Positions 1 to 8,540 of a stretch of DNA of 38,029 bases are shown here, piece after piece. Where the stretch lies: NCBI GenBank assembly GCA_944332155.1, contig CALVJM010000002.1, forward strand, positions 1-38,029. The letters run 5' to 3'. Source of the stretch: an uncultured Bacilli bacterium. Its GTDB lineage: Bacteria > Bacillota_I > Bacilli_A > RF39 > UBA660. Below the pieces are notes generated by a model. It was not told where the DNA came from and did no database searches. It was given only the letters and a program-made list of their open reading frames with translations. The position numbers were made by a program, and so were the translations under genes. Each line of letters begins with the position of its first letter. Positions within the stretch are counted from its first letter, which is position 1.

Positions 1-77
1 TGGTGGGCGATATAGGACTCGAACCTATGACCCCCTGCTTGTAAGGCAGGTGCTCTAACCAACTGAGCTAATCGCCC
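1..77 (-). tRNA. tRNA-Val (anticodon UAC)
   Basis: The reverse complement folds as a canonical cloverleaf. Acceptor stem GGGCGAT/ATCGCCC, D stem GCTC/GAGC, anticodon stem CCTGC/GCAGG with loop CTTACAA (anticodon TAC), T stem ATAGG/CCTAT with loop TTCGAGT, and an encoded CCA end. Confidence 0.9.
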
Positions 78-101
78 GATTTGCGTGCTTGGACAGTTAT
101 A

Positions 102-130
102 AATATACCATGTCCTGCAGGCATTGTCAA
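102..130 (-). promoter_or_regulatory. sigma-A type promoter for tRNA-Val
   Basis: The minus strand reads TTGACA, 17 nt, TATATT, ending about 25 nt upstream of the tRNA 5' end. Confidence 0.5.
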
Positions 131-149
131 CAAAAAATAATTATTTTTT

Positions 150-506
150 CTAATTTTTTTGTTTTTTTAAGCTTTTATTAATCCATTTAGGTAAATTTTG
201 GGCTAGAATACTAAATCCCGAACCAGTTTCAATAATTTTTTTTCGACGAATATATCCATTCTTTTTATAAATAATATTTTTTATACTCAGTTTCAAATGG
301 TTACTTTCTTCATCCACATCTAAAATTTCCACATAGATCTGATCACCAATCTTAACAAAATCATGTACATCTTTTACAAATGAATGAGAAAGTTCAGAAA
401 TATGAATTAATCCGGTATAAAACTCATCAAACGAAACAAAAACACCATATGATTCGATACCAGTAACTACACCTTTTACAATTTTGCCTTTCTCATATTT
501 GCCCAT
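150..506 (-). CDS. S1 RNA-binding domain protein (general stress protein 13 / YugI / CvfD-like)
   Basis: The S1 fold signature GKIVKGVVTGIESYGVFVSF...GLIHISELSHSFVKDV...GDQIYVEILDVDEE..KLSIK is present. The C-terminal GF..L...L..WI tail matches Bacillus YugI as I remember it. SD GAGGTGA sits before the ATG. Confidence 0.85.
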   Translation of the reverse strand: MGKYEKGKIVKGVVTGIESYGVFVSFDEFYTGLIHISELSHSFVKDVHDFVKIGDQIYVEILDVDEESNHLKLSIKNIIYKKNGYIRRKKIIETGSGFSILAQNLPKWINKSLKKQKN

Positions 507-605
507 GTGTTCACCTCAAAGATATTATAACACATTATTTTTTGAAATTCCACTTTACCTATCAATAAAGAAATAGTATAATAATTTTATCAGGTGGTGA
601 ACAAA

Positions 606-836
606 ATGAAAAATGAAGAACAAAAAATTATAGAAATCATAGATCGTTTAAAACCTTTTTTAATCAATGATGGCGGAAACGTTGAGTTTATCAAATATGA
701 AAATCATATTGTATATATAAAAATGACTGGGGCTTGTGCGAATTGTGCAATGTTAGATGTTACACTAAAAGATGGAATTGAAGCAATGATTAAAGACGAA
801 GTTCCTACAGTCGAAACTGTTATTAATGTTGAGTAA
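606..836 (+). CDS. NifU-like (Nfu C-terminal domain) Fe-S cluster scaffold/carrier protein
   Basis: Contains GGNVEF...IVYIKMTGACANCAMLDVTLKDGIE with the CxxC motif typical of YutI/Nfu. The start is trimmed to the ATG at 606, because the track GTG at 594 lies inside the SD AGGTGGTGA. Confidence 0.85.
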   Translation: MKNEEQKIIEIIDRLKPFLINDGGNVEFIKYENHIVYIKMTGACANCAMLDVTLKDGIEAMIKDEVPTVETVINVE

Positions 837-899
837 GAAAGCATTTCATTATTATCTAAAGCATCTATATTAAACATTTTATAGATATTTTAATTATAT

Positions 900-1814
900 T
901 TAAAACACATTTTGATGATAGAATTTAAACCATGTAATTTCTGGTAATCGAAATACTTCTTGAATTTTAAAGTAAATATCAACCAGTAACTCTTCATACT
1001 CTTCAGCCTTATCAATAACATTTATTAGTTCTTTTTCTTCTACCTCTGAAAACACAATATTTTCAAATAAATCAAAATAATAAGTTGGAAATAGCATACG
1101 AGCAAAGAATAACAAATAATCATTATCTTGAAGCACATTTGTTAGGTAATAATCGATTTCATCATTAATGTAATCACCAGAAAAAAATCGGCATTTAAAA
1201 TATTCTGCCACATCTCGTACTTTGGAATCCACTACAAAATTTATAGTATTATATAAGTCTTTAATGGTGTGGTCAGGAAAAATACGACGATGAGCAACAA
1301 CCGCAGTTGATAGTTCAACATCAACAAAATTTAATAAACTAATGGCCATTTCAGCTAAACCGATATAATAGCTGAAACTCGTTCTAGCCAAAGTTAAACT
1401 CTTCCCAAATTGATCCATTTGATATTCAAAATAATCAACTTTATCTTCCCACAATTTTTTCCAATTAAGTACTAATGGCTTTTGCACAAAAAGTGCGGTT
1501 TGTTCTTGAAATCTTAAAATATCCAAAAAGTTCACAGACTCATGTATTAGATTTAAAAATCTAATCAATACATATGGCTCTTGATGGACAATAGTAAACA
1601 ATTGATTATTAACATTTGGAATAATTTGAGATACATACATTTGATATTGAAGCATTTGATTAGATAAAGAATATAGATATTCTAAATGTTTAATATCAAT
1701 AACTAAAGGACTAAACAAATACTCATAACCATCTACAAAAAATCTAAATTCTTTATGTGTTTGGTGAATATTATCCGGGTATAAGTGATAATAATAATTC
1801 AGTACATTATTCAT
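900..1814 (-). CDS. CotS-family (kinase-fold) spore coat protein, YutH-like
   Basis: About 300 aa. It carries a degenerate phosphotransferase core (VVAHRRIFPDH...INFVVDSKVRDVAEYF), resembling the HxD/DxxxxRDLA region of the CotS/YutH family. A nifU-like gene lies nearby, as in Bacillus yutI/yutH. The start is trimmed to the ATG after SD GAGGTGG. Confidence 0.45.
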   Translation of the reverse strand: MNNVLNYYYHLYPDNIHQTHKEFRFFVDGYEYLFSPLVIDIKHLEYLYSLSNQMLQYQMYVSQIIPNVNNQLFTIVHQEPYVLIRFLNLIHESVNFLDILRFQEQTALFVQKPLVLNWKKLWEDKVDYFEYQMDQFGKSLTLARTSFSYYIGLAEMAISLLNFVDVELSTAVVAHRRIFPDHTIKDLYNTINFVVDSKVRDVAEYFKCRFFSGDYINDEIDYYLTNVLQDNDYLLFFARMLFPTYYFDLFENIVFSEVEEKELINVIDKAEEYEELLVDIYFKIQEVFRLPEITWFKFYHQNVF

Positions 1815-1854
1815 AATATCCACCTCATTTTATTTTATGAAATACAGGTGTTAG

Positions 1855-2436
1855 TTATGAATCGAGTTTATTTGAATTCTGGTTAACAATTGTTTCGATT
1901 TCTTTCAATTTTTTATACAAATAATCATTTTCTTGTTTTAATTTTTGATATTCCTCTACATAGTCTATATCTGGCATATTTAAAGTACCTATTTCAAACT
2001 GATGTATTAATTGTTGATTTAAATTAGTTGTTTTGTTAGACATTTGAACACTCAAAGTTGTATGATAATTATGATTTTGAGATAACAAATGATAATAATA
2101 AGGGACAACTTTAAACATTCGGTTAGTTATAACCCTTATGCTTGTACGATCTCTCATTTCGATATCATCAACTGTGGTAACAGCACCTAAGCTACTTTCA
2201 TTAGATATTTTTTTAACAAATTTTTTAAAATCATTCCAATCATCATCATCAGGAGCTACCCACATATCTTCGTTATTTTTTACTACAACATAATTTTTCA
2301 CATAAACATTATCATCTTCATGAACACGTTCACCTTTAGTATAAATAAGATAAACCTTGTTGAATTTTTTAAAACATCGCACTAGCTCATATGGTGTAAT
2401 TACGTTTAACACATCCATAACATAAATTGTTTTCAT
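1855..2436 (-). CDS. hypothetical protein (acidic patch DDDDW, C-terminal coiled coil)
   Basis: Open frame with a strong SD (AAGGAGG) 7 nt before the ATG at 2436. It lies 40 nt upstream of the CotS-like gene on the same strand. I recognise no family. Confidence 0.6.
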   Translation of the reverse strand: MKTIYVMDVLNVITPYELVRCFKKFNKVYLIYTKGERVHEDDNVYVKNYVVVKNNEDMWVAPDDDDWNDFKKFVKKISNESSLGAVTTVDDIEMRDRTSIRVITNRMFKVVPYYYHLLSQNHNYHTTLSVQMSNKTTNLNQQLIHQFEIGTLNMPDIDYVEEYQKLKQENDYLYKKLKEIETIVNQNSNKLDS

Positions 2437-2565
2437 AAATCCTCCTTTGATTATTATTTTGAACCAAAACATTAAATTTATAAGCGAATTCTTTAAATTC
2501 TATAATTTACTTATTTTTTTTACATAGTATAATATTTTCATACATGACATGGAGGTGAATCTAAA

Positions 2566-3876
2566 ATGCTCGAAAAAACCATTCATTCTATCGTTTATCT
2601 TATTGTTGGAATAGGATGTATTATTTTGGGATTTACCTGTATTTTTGTCGGAGACAATATTTTAAAATTAACTTTAACTTTAGCGAGTATATCATTAGTC
2701 GCTAATGGACTTATAAAAATTTGGAATTGTTTTACCCATCATCCCATCCGAGAAAAATTAACGTTTCTTCTTTTAAAAGGAATTTTAGACATTAGTGTCG
2801 CTTTATTTATTGTTTACAATCTATCGTTTGTATATCATAGCGTTATTATTTTATTTGGAGTTTATGTATTAGTCAATGCACTAATCTTGTTAATTACATA
2901 CTTACTTTATATTCGTTATCACATAAAAGGACGTTTGGCTTTGCTTTTAAAATGCATTATTTATTTTATTTTTGCCATTCTTTTAATTCTTCATCCTGAA
3001 ACAAACGGAAAATATGCTCAAATTATTATTGGTATTTATTTAATTATTTATGGTATATCGGGATTAAATGATTTTATTATCGAAACAATTCCAAAAGAAA
3101 AAACTGATGCTTTCAAAAAATTAATCAAAATACCTTTACCATTATTTATTACGGCTTTTACCCCACAAAGACTAATCAATTTAATTAATGAGTTAATTGA
3201 AGTTGAACCAAAGCAAACAAAACTATCTGTTAAAAAGTCACAACAAACACCAAATTTAGAAGTAATAATTCATCTAGCAAAAAGTGGTACCGCAGCTTTT
3301 GGGCATATGGAAATATGTTTTAATAATAAGATTTACTCTTATGGAAACTATGATTTACATTCACGAAAATTTTTTGATATGATTGGAGATGGTGTTCTTT
3401 TAATCGCAGATCGTGACGCTTACATTAAATATAATGTAACACAATTAAATCGCTATTTAGTTTGCTTTGGCTTACAATTGACAGCAAAGCAGCAACGCGA
3501 TATCAAAAAAAGAATTACATATTTATTTTCCAATAATACCGAAAATTGGTATCCTGATGCTGCAAAAGCAGATATGGGTGAAATTCCTAAAGGGGATTAT
3601 AAAGAAATTTCTAGTGATTTATATCGATATACTAATGCAAAATTTAAAAAGATTACCAAAGGAAAAAATAAAAAGTTTTTTGTTTTACGTACTAATTGTG
3701 CAATTATTGTAGATTATATATTAGGAAGTATTAGTTCTACTATTTTAAATATTAATGGATTAATCGCACCTGGTACATATTATGAATATTTAAACAATGA
3801 ATTTATGAAAAAAAACAGTTCTGTAATTACACGAAAAATATATACACAAAACGATTTTATAGACGAAGATGACTAA
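2566..3876 (+). CDS. polytopic membrane protein (HdeD/DUF308-like N-terminus) with a C-terminal putative His/Cys papain-like hydrolase domain
   Basis: SD GGAGGTGA. There are about 6 hydrophobic helices in the first 200 aa or so. The C-terminal soluble domain has FGHMEICFNNKIYSYGNYD (His) and FVLRTNCAIIVDYILG (Cys), arranged as in PPPDE/DUF778-type folds. Confidence 0.4.
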   Translation: MLEKTIHSIVYLIVGIGCIILGFTCIFVGDNILKLTLTLASISLVANGLIKIWNCFTHHPIREKLTFLLLKGILDISVALFIVYNLSFVYHSVIILFGVYVLVNALILLITYLLYIRYHIKGRLALLLKCIIYFIFAILLILHPETNGKYAQIIIGIYLIIYGISGLNDFIIETIPKEKTDAFKKLIKIPLPLFITAFTPQRLINLINELIEVEPKQTKLSVKKSQQTPNLEVIIHLAKSGTAAFGHMEICFNNKIYSYGNYDLHSRKFFDMIGDGVLLIADRDAYIKYNVTQLNRYLVCFGLQLTAKQQRDIKKRITYLFSNNTENWYPDAAKADMGEIPKGDYKEISSDLYRYTNAKFKKITKGKNKKFFVLRTNCAIIVDYILGSISSTILNINGLIAPGTYYEYLNNEFMKKNSSVITRKIYTQNDFIDEDD

Positions 3877-5836
3877 CATTTTCGTTTTTTAATTCCTCGA
3901 TAAATATCGAAGGATTTTCTTTAGAAACTAATAAATATACATAATTTTTTGTTCTAGTTAAAGCAACATAAAACAGCCGACGTTCTTCATTTAACAATTC
4001 TTCTTGAGTGGAATTAAAAACTAATTTCAAAAATGGTTGACTTTCTTTAAAACTAGGGAAACCATATATACCATCTTCGTTGTTTAAAATAACCACTTGA
4101 TCATATCCCAGTCCTTTTGCAGCGTGAATAGTCATAAAATCAATATGCATATGAGGATAGTTGTGATATAAAATATGTTCTTGATTCACAGAAAAGAGTT
4201 TACTATTTTTAATAAAAGAAATATCATGATGAAATCTTGATAAAAGTAATACTTTATCATTAGGATTAGTTTTATAAATTTTATTTAATATCGAAATTAA
4301 TTTTTTTAGTTTGTCTTTTAAAGAACGATAATAAACCAAAAAAATCGGGTTTTCTAGACGTTTCGTAGAAACTAATTTTTTTTGTATTTGTTTTTTATTT
4401 TTCATAATAAAAGCACCAGCAATATCAATTAATTCTTGACTATTACGGTATGTTTTTTGAATTCTAAAAATTTGAGGTTCTTGTTTTTCTGAAGAAAAAG
4501 TTCTTGAGAATTGTGTAAATAATTGAATATCAGAGCCAGCAAAAGAATAAATAGATTGCCAATCATCACCCACGACAGTGACTTTAGCATTCCCTTTTTC
4601 TACCATTGTTTTAAGGAATAGAAAACGATCGTAAGATATATCCTGATATTCGTCTACGATGATATATTTTGGTAATGTTATATCATTTTCTTTCAATCTT
4701 TGAGTTGCTAAGTGAATCATATCTTCAAAATCAACTTGATGATTATTTTGTAAATAATATTGGTAATATTGATATAATTTTTTTATAGTTTTCAATACTT
4801 CTTGATTTTTTAAAGATAAATTCGGATTATTATTTATTCTATAATCAAAATCATGTTCTGTCCAACCTCGTCGTTTCCATAACAAAATAAATTGGTATAA
4901 ATCACGAAATAGCAACTTCAATGTGCTTTTTTGAGTAGATGTACAAAAAGATTCCCATGAAGGTACTCTAGGCATAACGATATGATTTTCTTGGCAATAA
5001 TTTATAATTTTTTCTTCAATCGCATCTCCTTTCTCGATAACTAAATAATGAAAATGATATATTTCAGCTTGATGTTTTCTTTTTTTTACTTCATGAGAAA
5101 ATTGTATTTTCTTATAGAAAGAGCTTGGTAAATCAATATAATCGATATAAATTTCATCAGTTCCTAATTTTAACATACAAAAGAAATGAGTGTGAGTTTG
5201 ATTATGATATGCATAATATTTTATACTTAAACCATAATTATCCACAAATTGTGCCCATTCATGTCGATAATTATCCTCCAAATACTTCTTTTTTCCACAG
5301 GAAAAAAAATATTCTTTCATACATTGCATATAAATTGACGTTTTAAACAATAAATCTGTGGAAAAATAGTATTTTAGTAATATAAGCAATTCTTGTTTTC
5401 TTTCGGGATAATTTTGTACTGTGGATAAATAATAATCACAAACCAATTCCTCGCCTTTAGTGAATACAGTTATTGAATCTTCTAAAGATTGTTTAACTAG
5501 ATGATATGCATAATGATGAAAAGTGGAAATTAAAATGGGACATTGAAATCGCTGATGCAGTTGTTGCTTAAGTTCGTTAACTGCTTGATTAGTATAAGAA
5601 ATAACCAAAATATCGCTTGGCAAGACTTTTTCACACTCTATTAAAAACTTTACTTTTGCAGACATTGTAGTTGTTTTACCACATCCAGCTCCTGCAATGA
5701 CCATAGCAAACTTATCTGATGATACTACAACTTTCTTTTGATCCAAATCTAACTTTAAATTAGAATCAATTGGTTCAAATATATGTTCTAAATAAGATTT
5801 ATGTTTTTCTATCTTAATGTCATACAAATCATTCAT
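3857..5836 (-). CDS. UvrD/Rep/helicase IV-like superfamily 1 DNA helicase
   Basis: Walker A AGAGCGKTTT, motif II IIVDEYQD, motif III VGDDWQSIY, TYRNS, TIHAAKGLGYD, and motif VI RRLFYVALTRTK. There are about 340 aa between Walker A and DEYQD. Confidence 0.85.
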   Translation of the reverse strand: MNDLYDIKIEKHKSYLEHIFEPIDSNLKLDLDQKKVVVSSDKFAMVIAGAGCGKTTTMSAKVKFLIECEKVLPSDILVISYTNQAVNELKQQLHQRFQCPILISTFHHYAYHLVKQSLEDSITVFTKGEELVCDYYLSTVQNYPERKQELLILLKYYFSTDLLFKTSIYMQCMKEYFFSCGKKKYLEDNYRHEWAQFVDNYGLSIKYYAYHNQTHTHFFCMLKLGTDEIYIDYIDLPSSFYKKIQFSHEVKKRKHQAEIYHFHYLVIEKGDAIEEKIINYCQENHIVMPRVPSWESFCTSTQKSTLKLLFRDLYQFILLWKRRGWTEHDFDYRINNNPNLSLKNQEVLKTIKKLYQYYQYYLQNNHQVDFEDMIHLATQRLKENDITLPKYIIVDEYQDISYDRFLFLKTMVEKGNAKVTVVGDDWQSIYSFAGSDIQLFTQFSRTFSSEKQEPQIFRIQKTYRNSQELIDIAGAFIMKNKKQIQKKLVSTKRLENPIFLVYYRSLKDKLKKLISILNKIYKTNPNDKVLLLSRFHHDISFIKNSKLFSVNQEHILYHNYPHMHIDFMTIHAAKGLGYDQVVILNNEDGIYGFPSFKESQPFLKLVFNSTQEELLNEERRLFYVALTRTKNYVYLLVSKENPSIFIEELKNENVSHLRL

Positions 5837-5904
5837 CTGTATTCCTTTCCACTGTCAAAACAAAAATAATATAACATATAATAATGAAATATAAATAAAA
5901 TTAA

Positions 5905-5926
5905 CAAAAAAAAGTGTTTCCACTTT
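5905..5926 (-). terminator. rho-independent terminator after the prepilin-like gene
   Basis: The minus strand reads AAAGTG-GAAA-CACTTT followed by a T8 run. It overlaps the stop codon. Confidence 0.5.
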
Positions 5927-6923
5927 ATTTTACGACATATGGATCAGATGATGTTCCAGTTCCGGTAAATACAATATAATCTTTTAGCATAATTACAGGA
6001 CGAACAGTTTTGGATGTAGTTAATACAGCAGATGAAATAGTCCGATTTGTAAGATAATAACCAGAAGAAGCATTTTTAGTTGTTAATAACCATGTTGTTC
6101 CATTTGCTAGGAAATTAGAACTACCGTCACTAGCGCGTAAAAATTCTCCAGCCGATAATAATCCTACCTTGTATTCTTGATGATTAGTTTCTTCTGCAGC
6201 AAGTACGTTATTTGGATCAGAAGAAGCCGTTATATCTGTCACATTTCCAGTTCCATAGGATACTTCTGACACATAATCTTTAGACGTCAAATTGTTATAA
6301 AAAGTACCATTTAAATAATTTAATGCTTCTTGGTAATTTTTACTTCCTGCTTCTGTATCTGTACCCTGACTTACAAGTTTTACCATACCATCTTGAAATG
6401 ATACAATTCGCCAAGTTCTTCCACTATAAGAAACATAATTATTATTTATATTTCCTTTTAAATAAAAATCTCCACGAAAATCATCAAATAACAGATTAGC
6501 TTCCGTTTTCATTTGATTTTGAATATCTTGAATACTTTTATAAGTATTATAATCGGTATTAGTACAAACACCTTCTGTAATATTTAAATCGTTTAAAGGA
6601 CCGTTTATACAATATTTAGGTGTTGATAAATTTTCTACAAAACTATGATTTCCATTAGTCACAACAATTAAACCTTTGGTAAAATCACCAGCTTGATAAT
6701 CTAAAGAATTATCTTCTACTTTATATTGATATGGCACAGAATATCCTTTATCTACAACATCTGTAGCTGATGCTTTTATAAGTTCTTTTGCTGATTCTAA
6801 GACAATTTTTTCATTTGAATTATTTATTGTACTTGTTACTAATGGAACAGCAATAGCTGTAATTAGAGCTAATATAGTAATAACAGCTAATAATTCAATT
6901 AATGTAAATCCCTTTCTTATCAT
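5925..6923 (-). CDS. prepilin-type N-terminal cleavage/methylation domain protein (type IV pilin/pseudopilin-like) with a large C-terminal domain
   Basis: The N-terminus MIRKGFTLIELLAVITILALITAIAVPL is a class III signal peptide (G|FTLIE with Glu+5). The C-terminal region (TWRIVSF, VGLLSAGEF, TWLL, VRPVIMLK) resembles DUF6273-like domains. Confidence 0.7.
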   Translation of the reverse strand: MIRKGFTLIELLAVITILALITAIAVPLVTSTINNSNEKIVLESAKELIKASATDVVDKGYSVPYQYKVEDNSLDYQAGDFTKGLIVVTNGNHSFVENLSTPKYCINGPLNDLNITEGVCTNTDYNTYKSIQDIQNQMKTEANLLFDDFRGDFYLKGNINNNYVSYSGRTWRIVSFQDGMVKLVSQGTDTEAGSKNYQEALNYLNGTFYNNLTSKDYVSEVSYGTGNVTDITASSDPNNVLAAEETNHQEYKVGLLSAGEFLRASDGSSNFLANGTTWLLTTKNASSGYYLTNRTISSAVLTTSKTVRPVIMLKDYIVFTGTGTSSDPYVVK

Positions 6924-7096
6924 AATATTATTTCCTTTCTAATTAACATAAAATATTGAAATATGTATTTTTTATCATGACAATCTATTATAAACATAGT
7001 ATCACAAACTATAAGGAGTTTCAATAACTACATTTCTAAAAGATACACATTAAATTCGTTTATAACAATTGTATAAAATCACAGAAAACTATCAAT

Positions 7097-7125
7097 TTGA
7101 CAATACCGAACATTTGTGCTAAAAT
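7097..7125 (+). promoter_or_regulatory. sigma-A type promoter of the serine hydrolase gene
   Basis: TTGACA, 17 nt, TAAAAT. The -10 element lies downstream of the track start (7116), which supports the ATG at 7155. Confidence 0.55.
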
Positions 7126-7154
7126 ACGTCATTAAACAAGGGGGATATTATATT

Positions 7155-8480
7155 ATGAACAAAGAATTACAAATAAAATATGTTAAATCAGCTTTTGAAT
7201 TACTAAAAAAATTACAAGGAAATCACAACATTGAAGATACAGTATTAATTCAAGAAACATTTGATACTATTTTACAGATTGTATCGACAAACAATCAAAT
7301 TTTAAATGAAAACACTAGTTACGACAAACTACTTCCTCAACTATCAAAAGATTTAATTTCTGCAGCTGAAAAATTAGTAAACGATAAACTTACTGCTGGA
7401 ATTAGTTGTGGTGTTAAGGTAGAAAAGGGACCTACCATAACTATATATAGAGGAAAAACAAGTTGCTTAAATAATAGTGTTAAAATCGATAAAAACACAC
7501 GTTTTGATCTTGCTTCTGTAAGTAAATTATTTACAAGTATTCATTTATTAAAAAATCAAGAAGAAAAAAAGATTAATCTAAGTCAAAAATTACACGACTA
7601 TAATAATGAATACGCAATTGACAAACCAATGAAAGAAATTCTAACATTTAATCATGTAATTCAAACAAATGGAAGATTAAATGATAACGCTAAAAACGAA
7701 GAAGAAGCTTTAGAAATGTTAAAACAAGCTAAAATAACTGAAGAAAATACACATATGTATAGTGATATGGGTTATATGATGATTAATAAAGCTAATCCTG
7801 ATGTTCAAGATGAATTTAAAGAATATTTTAATGAACAAATGGGATTATATAATACTGGATATGAAATAAATGAAAATGATATCACAACTGGTGGAAATAT
7901 TCAACAATTAAATAAAGTACATGATCCAAAAGCACAATTAGTATCTTATGCAGGTCATGCGGGGATTTTCTCAACTACTGAAGATTTAATTAAATTATAT
8001 GATGCTTTAAAAAAAGGATTTATAACAAAGGATTCATTAAAACAAATTATAACTCCTACATTAGATAGAAAATATTTGACTGAAGATGGTCAATACCTAG
8101 CTGATACAAATGGACATGCTAAATTAGATAAAAATGGAAATAAAATTCCTGTAACTCGTGGAATGGAATACCGTCGTCATGAATTAGGATATGCAAAAAC
8201 AGAAGTTCATGAATGTCAAAGTGATTTGGCTTTTGCTGCAGCTGGATTTACCGGAACATTTGCTTGTTATGATCTAGATCATGAAATTACTACTAATATT
8301 TTAACAAATCCGATTTCTAATTCTGAAGATGGAAAAAAACCTCAAGGATATGCTTGGAAATTAGATGACTTAAAAACAGAAGAATTGAAGTTAGCATATG
8401 CCTTAAAATTAATTAATAAACTTTATACTGATGAATATCAAAAAGAAATACAAGACCAAGATAAAGTTTATTCTCTATAG
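7155..8480 (+). CDS. serine hydrolase, beta-lactamase/PBP4*-related family
   Basis: SxxK motif in FDLASVSKLFT, followed later by YSDMGY, GHAGIFST and GFTGT. SD AAGGGGGA precedes the ATG at 7155. Confidence 0.7.
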   Translation: MNKELQIKYVKSAFELLKKLQGNHNIEDTVLIQETFDTILQIVSTNNQILNENTSYDKLLPQLSKDLISAAEKLVNDKLTAGISCGVKVEKGPTITIYRGKTSCLNNSVKIDKNTRFDLASVSKLFTSIHLLKNQEEKKINLSQKLHDYNNEYAIDKPMKEILTFNHVIQTNGRLNDNAKNEEEALEMLKQAKITEENTHMYSDMGYMMINKANPDVQDEFKEYFNEQMGLYNTGYEINENDITTGGNIQQLNKVHDPKAQLVSYAGHAGIFSTTEDLIKLYDALKKGFITKDSLKQIITPTLDRKYLTEDGQYLADTNGHAKLDKNGNKIPVTRGMEYRRHELGYAKTEVHECQSDLAFAAAGFTGTFACYDLDHEITTNILTNPISNSEDGKKPQGYAWKLDDLKTEELKLAYALKLINKLYTDEYQKEIQDQDKVYSL

Positions 8481-8481
8481 T

Positions 8482-8540
8482 AAAAAAACCAAGTAAAACC
8501 TGTTACAACCGTAACAAGTCTTCATTACTTGGTTTTTTTT
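8482..8540. terminator. bidirectional rho-independent terminator between convergent genes
   Basis: A7-CCAAGTAA ... TGTTAC-AACC-GTAACA ... TTACTTGG-T8. This is a long hairpin flanked by A and T runs. Confidence 0.75.

Noticed and set aside
594-605. ORF-track N-terminal extensions starting at GTG/TTG (594, 1823, 11009, 22490, 30137, 33067, 36750 and others)
   Set aside because: In each case the listed GTG/TTG lies within a GGTGA/GGAGG-type SD located 4-9 nt upstream of an in-frame ATG, so the ATG is the more plausible start. The long extensions at 2472, 7116, 16158, 19253, 25200 and 34574 were trimmed for similar reasons, because an SD or promoter lies inside the extension.
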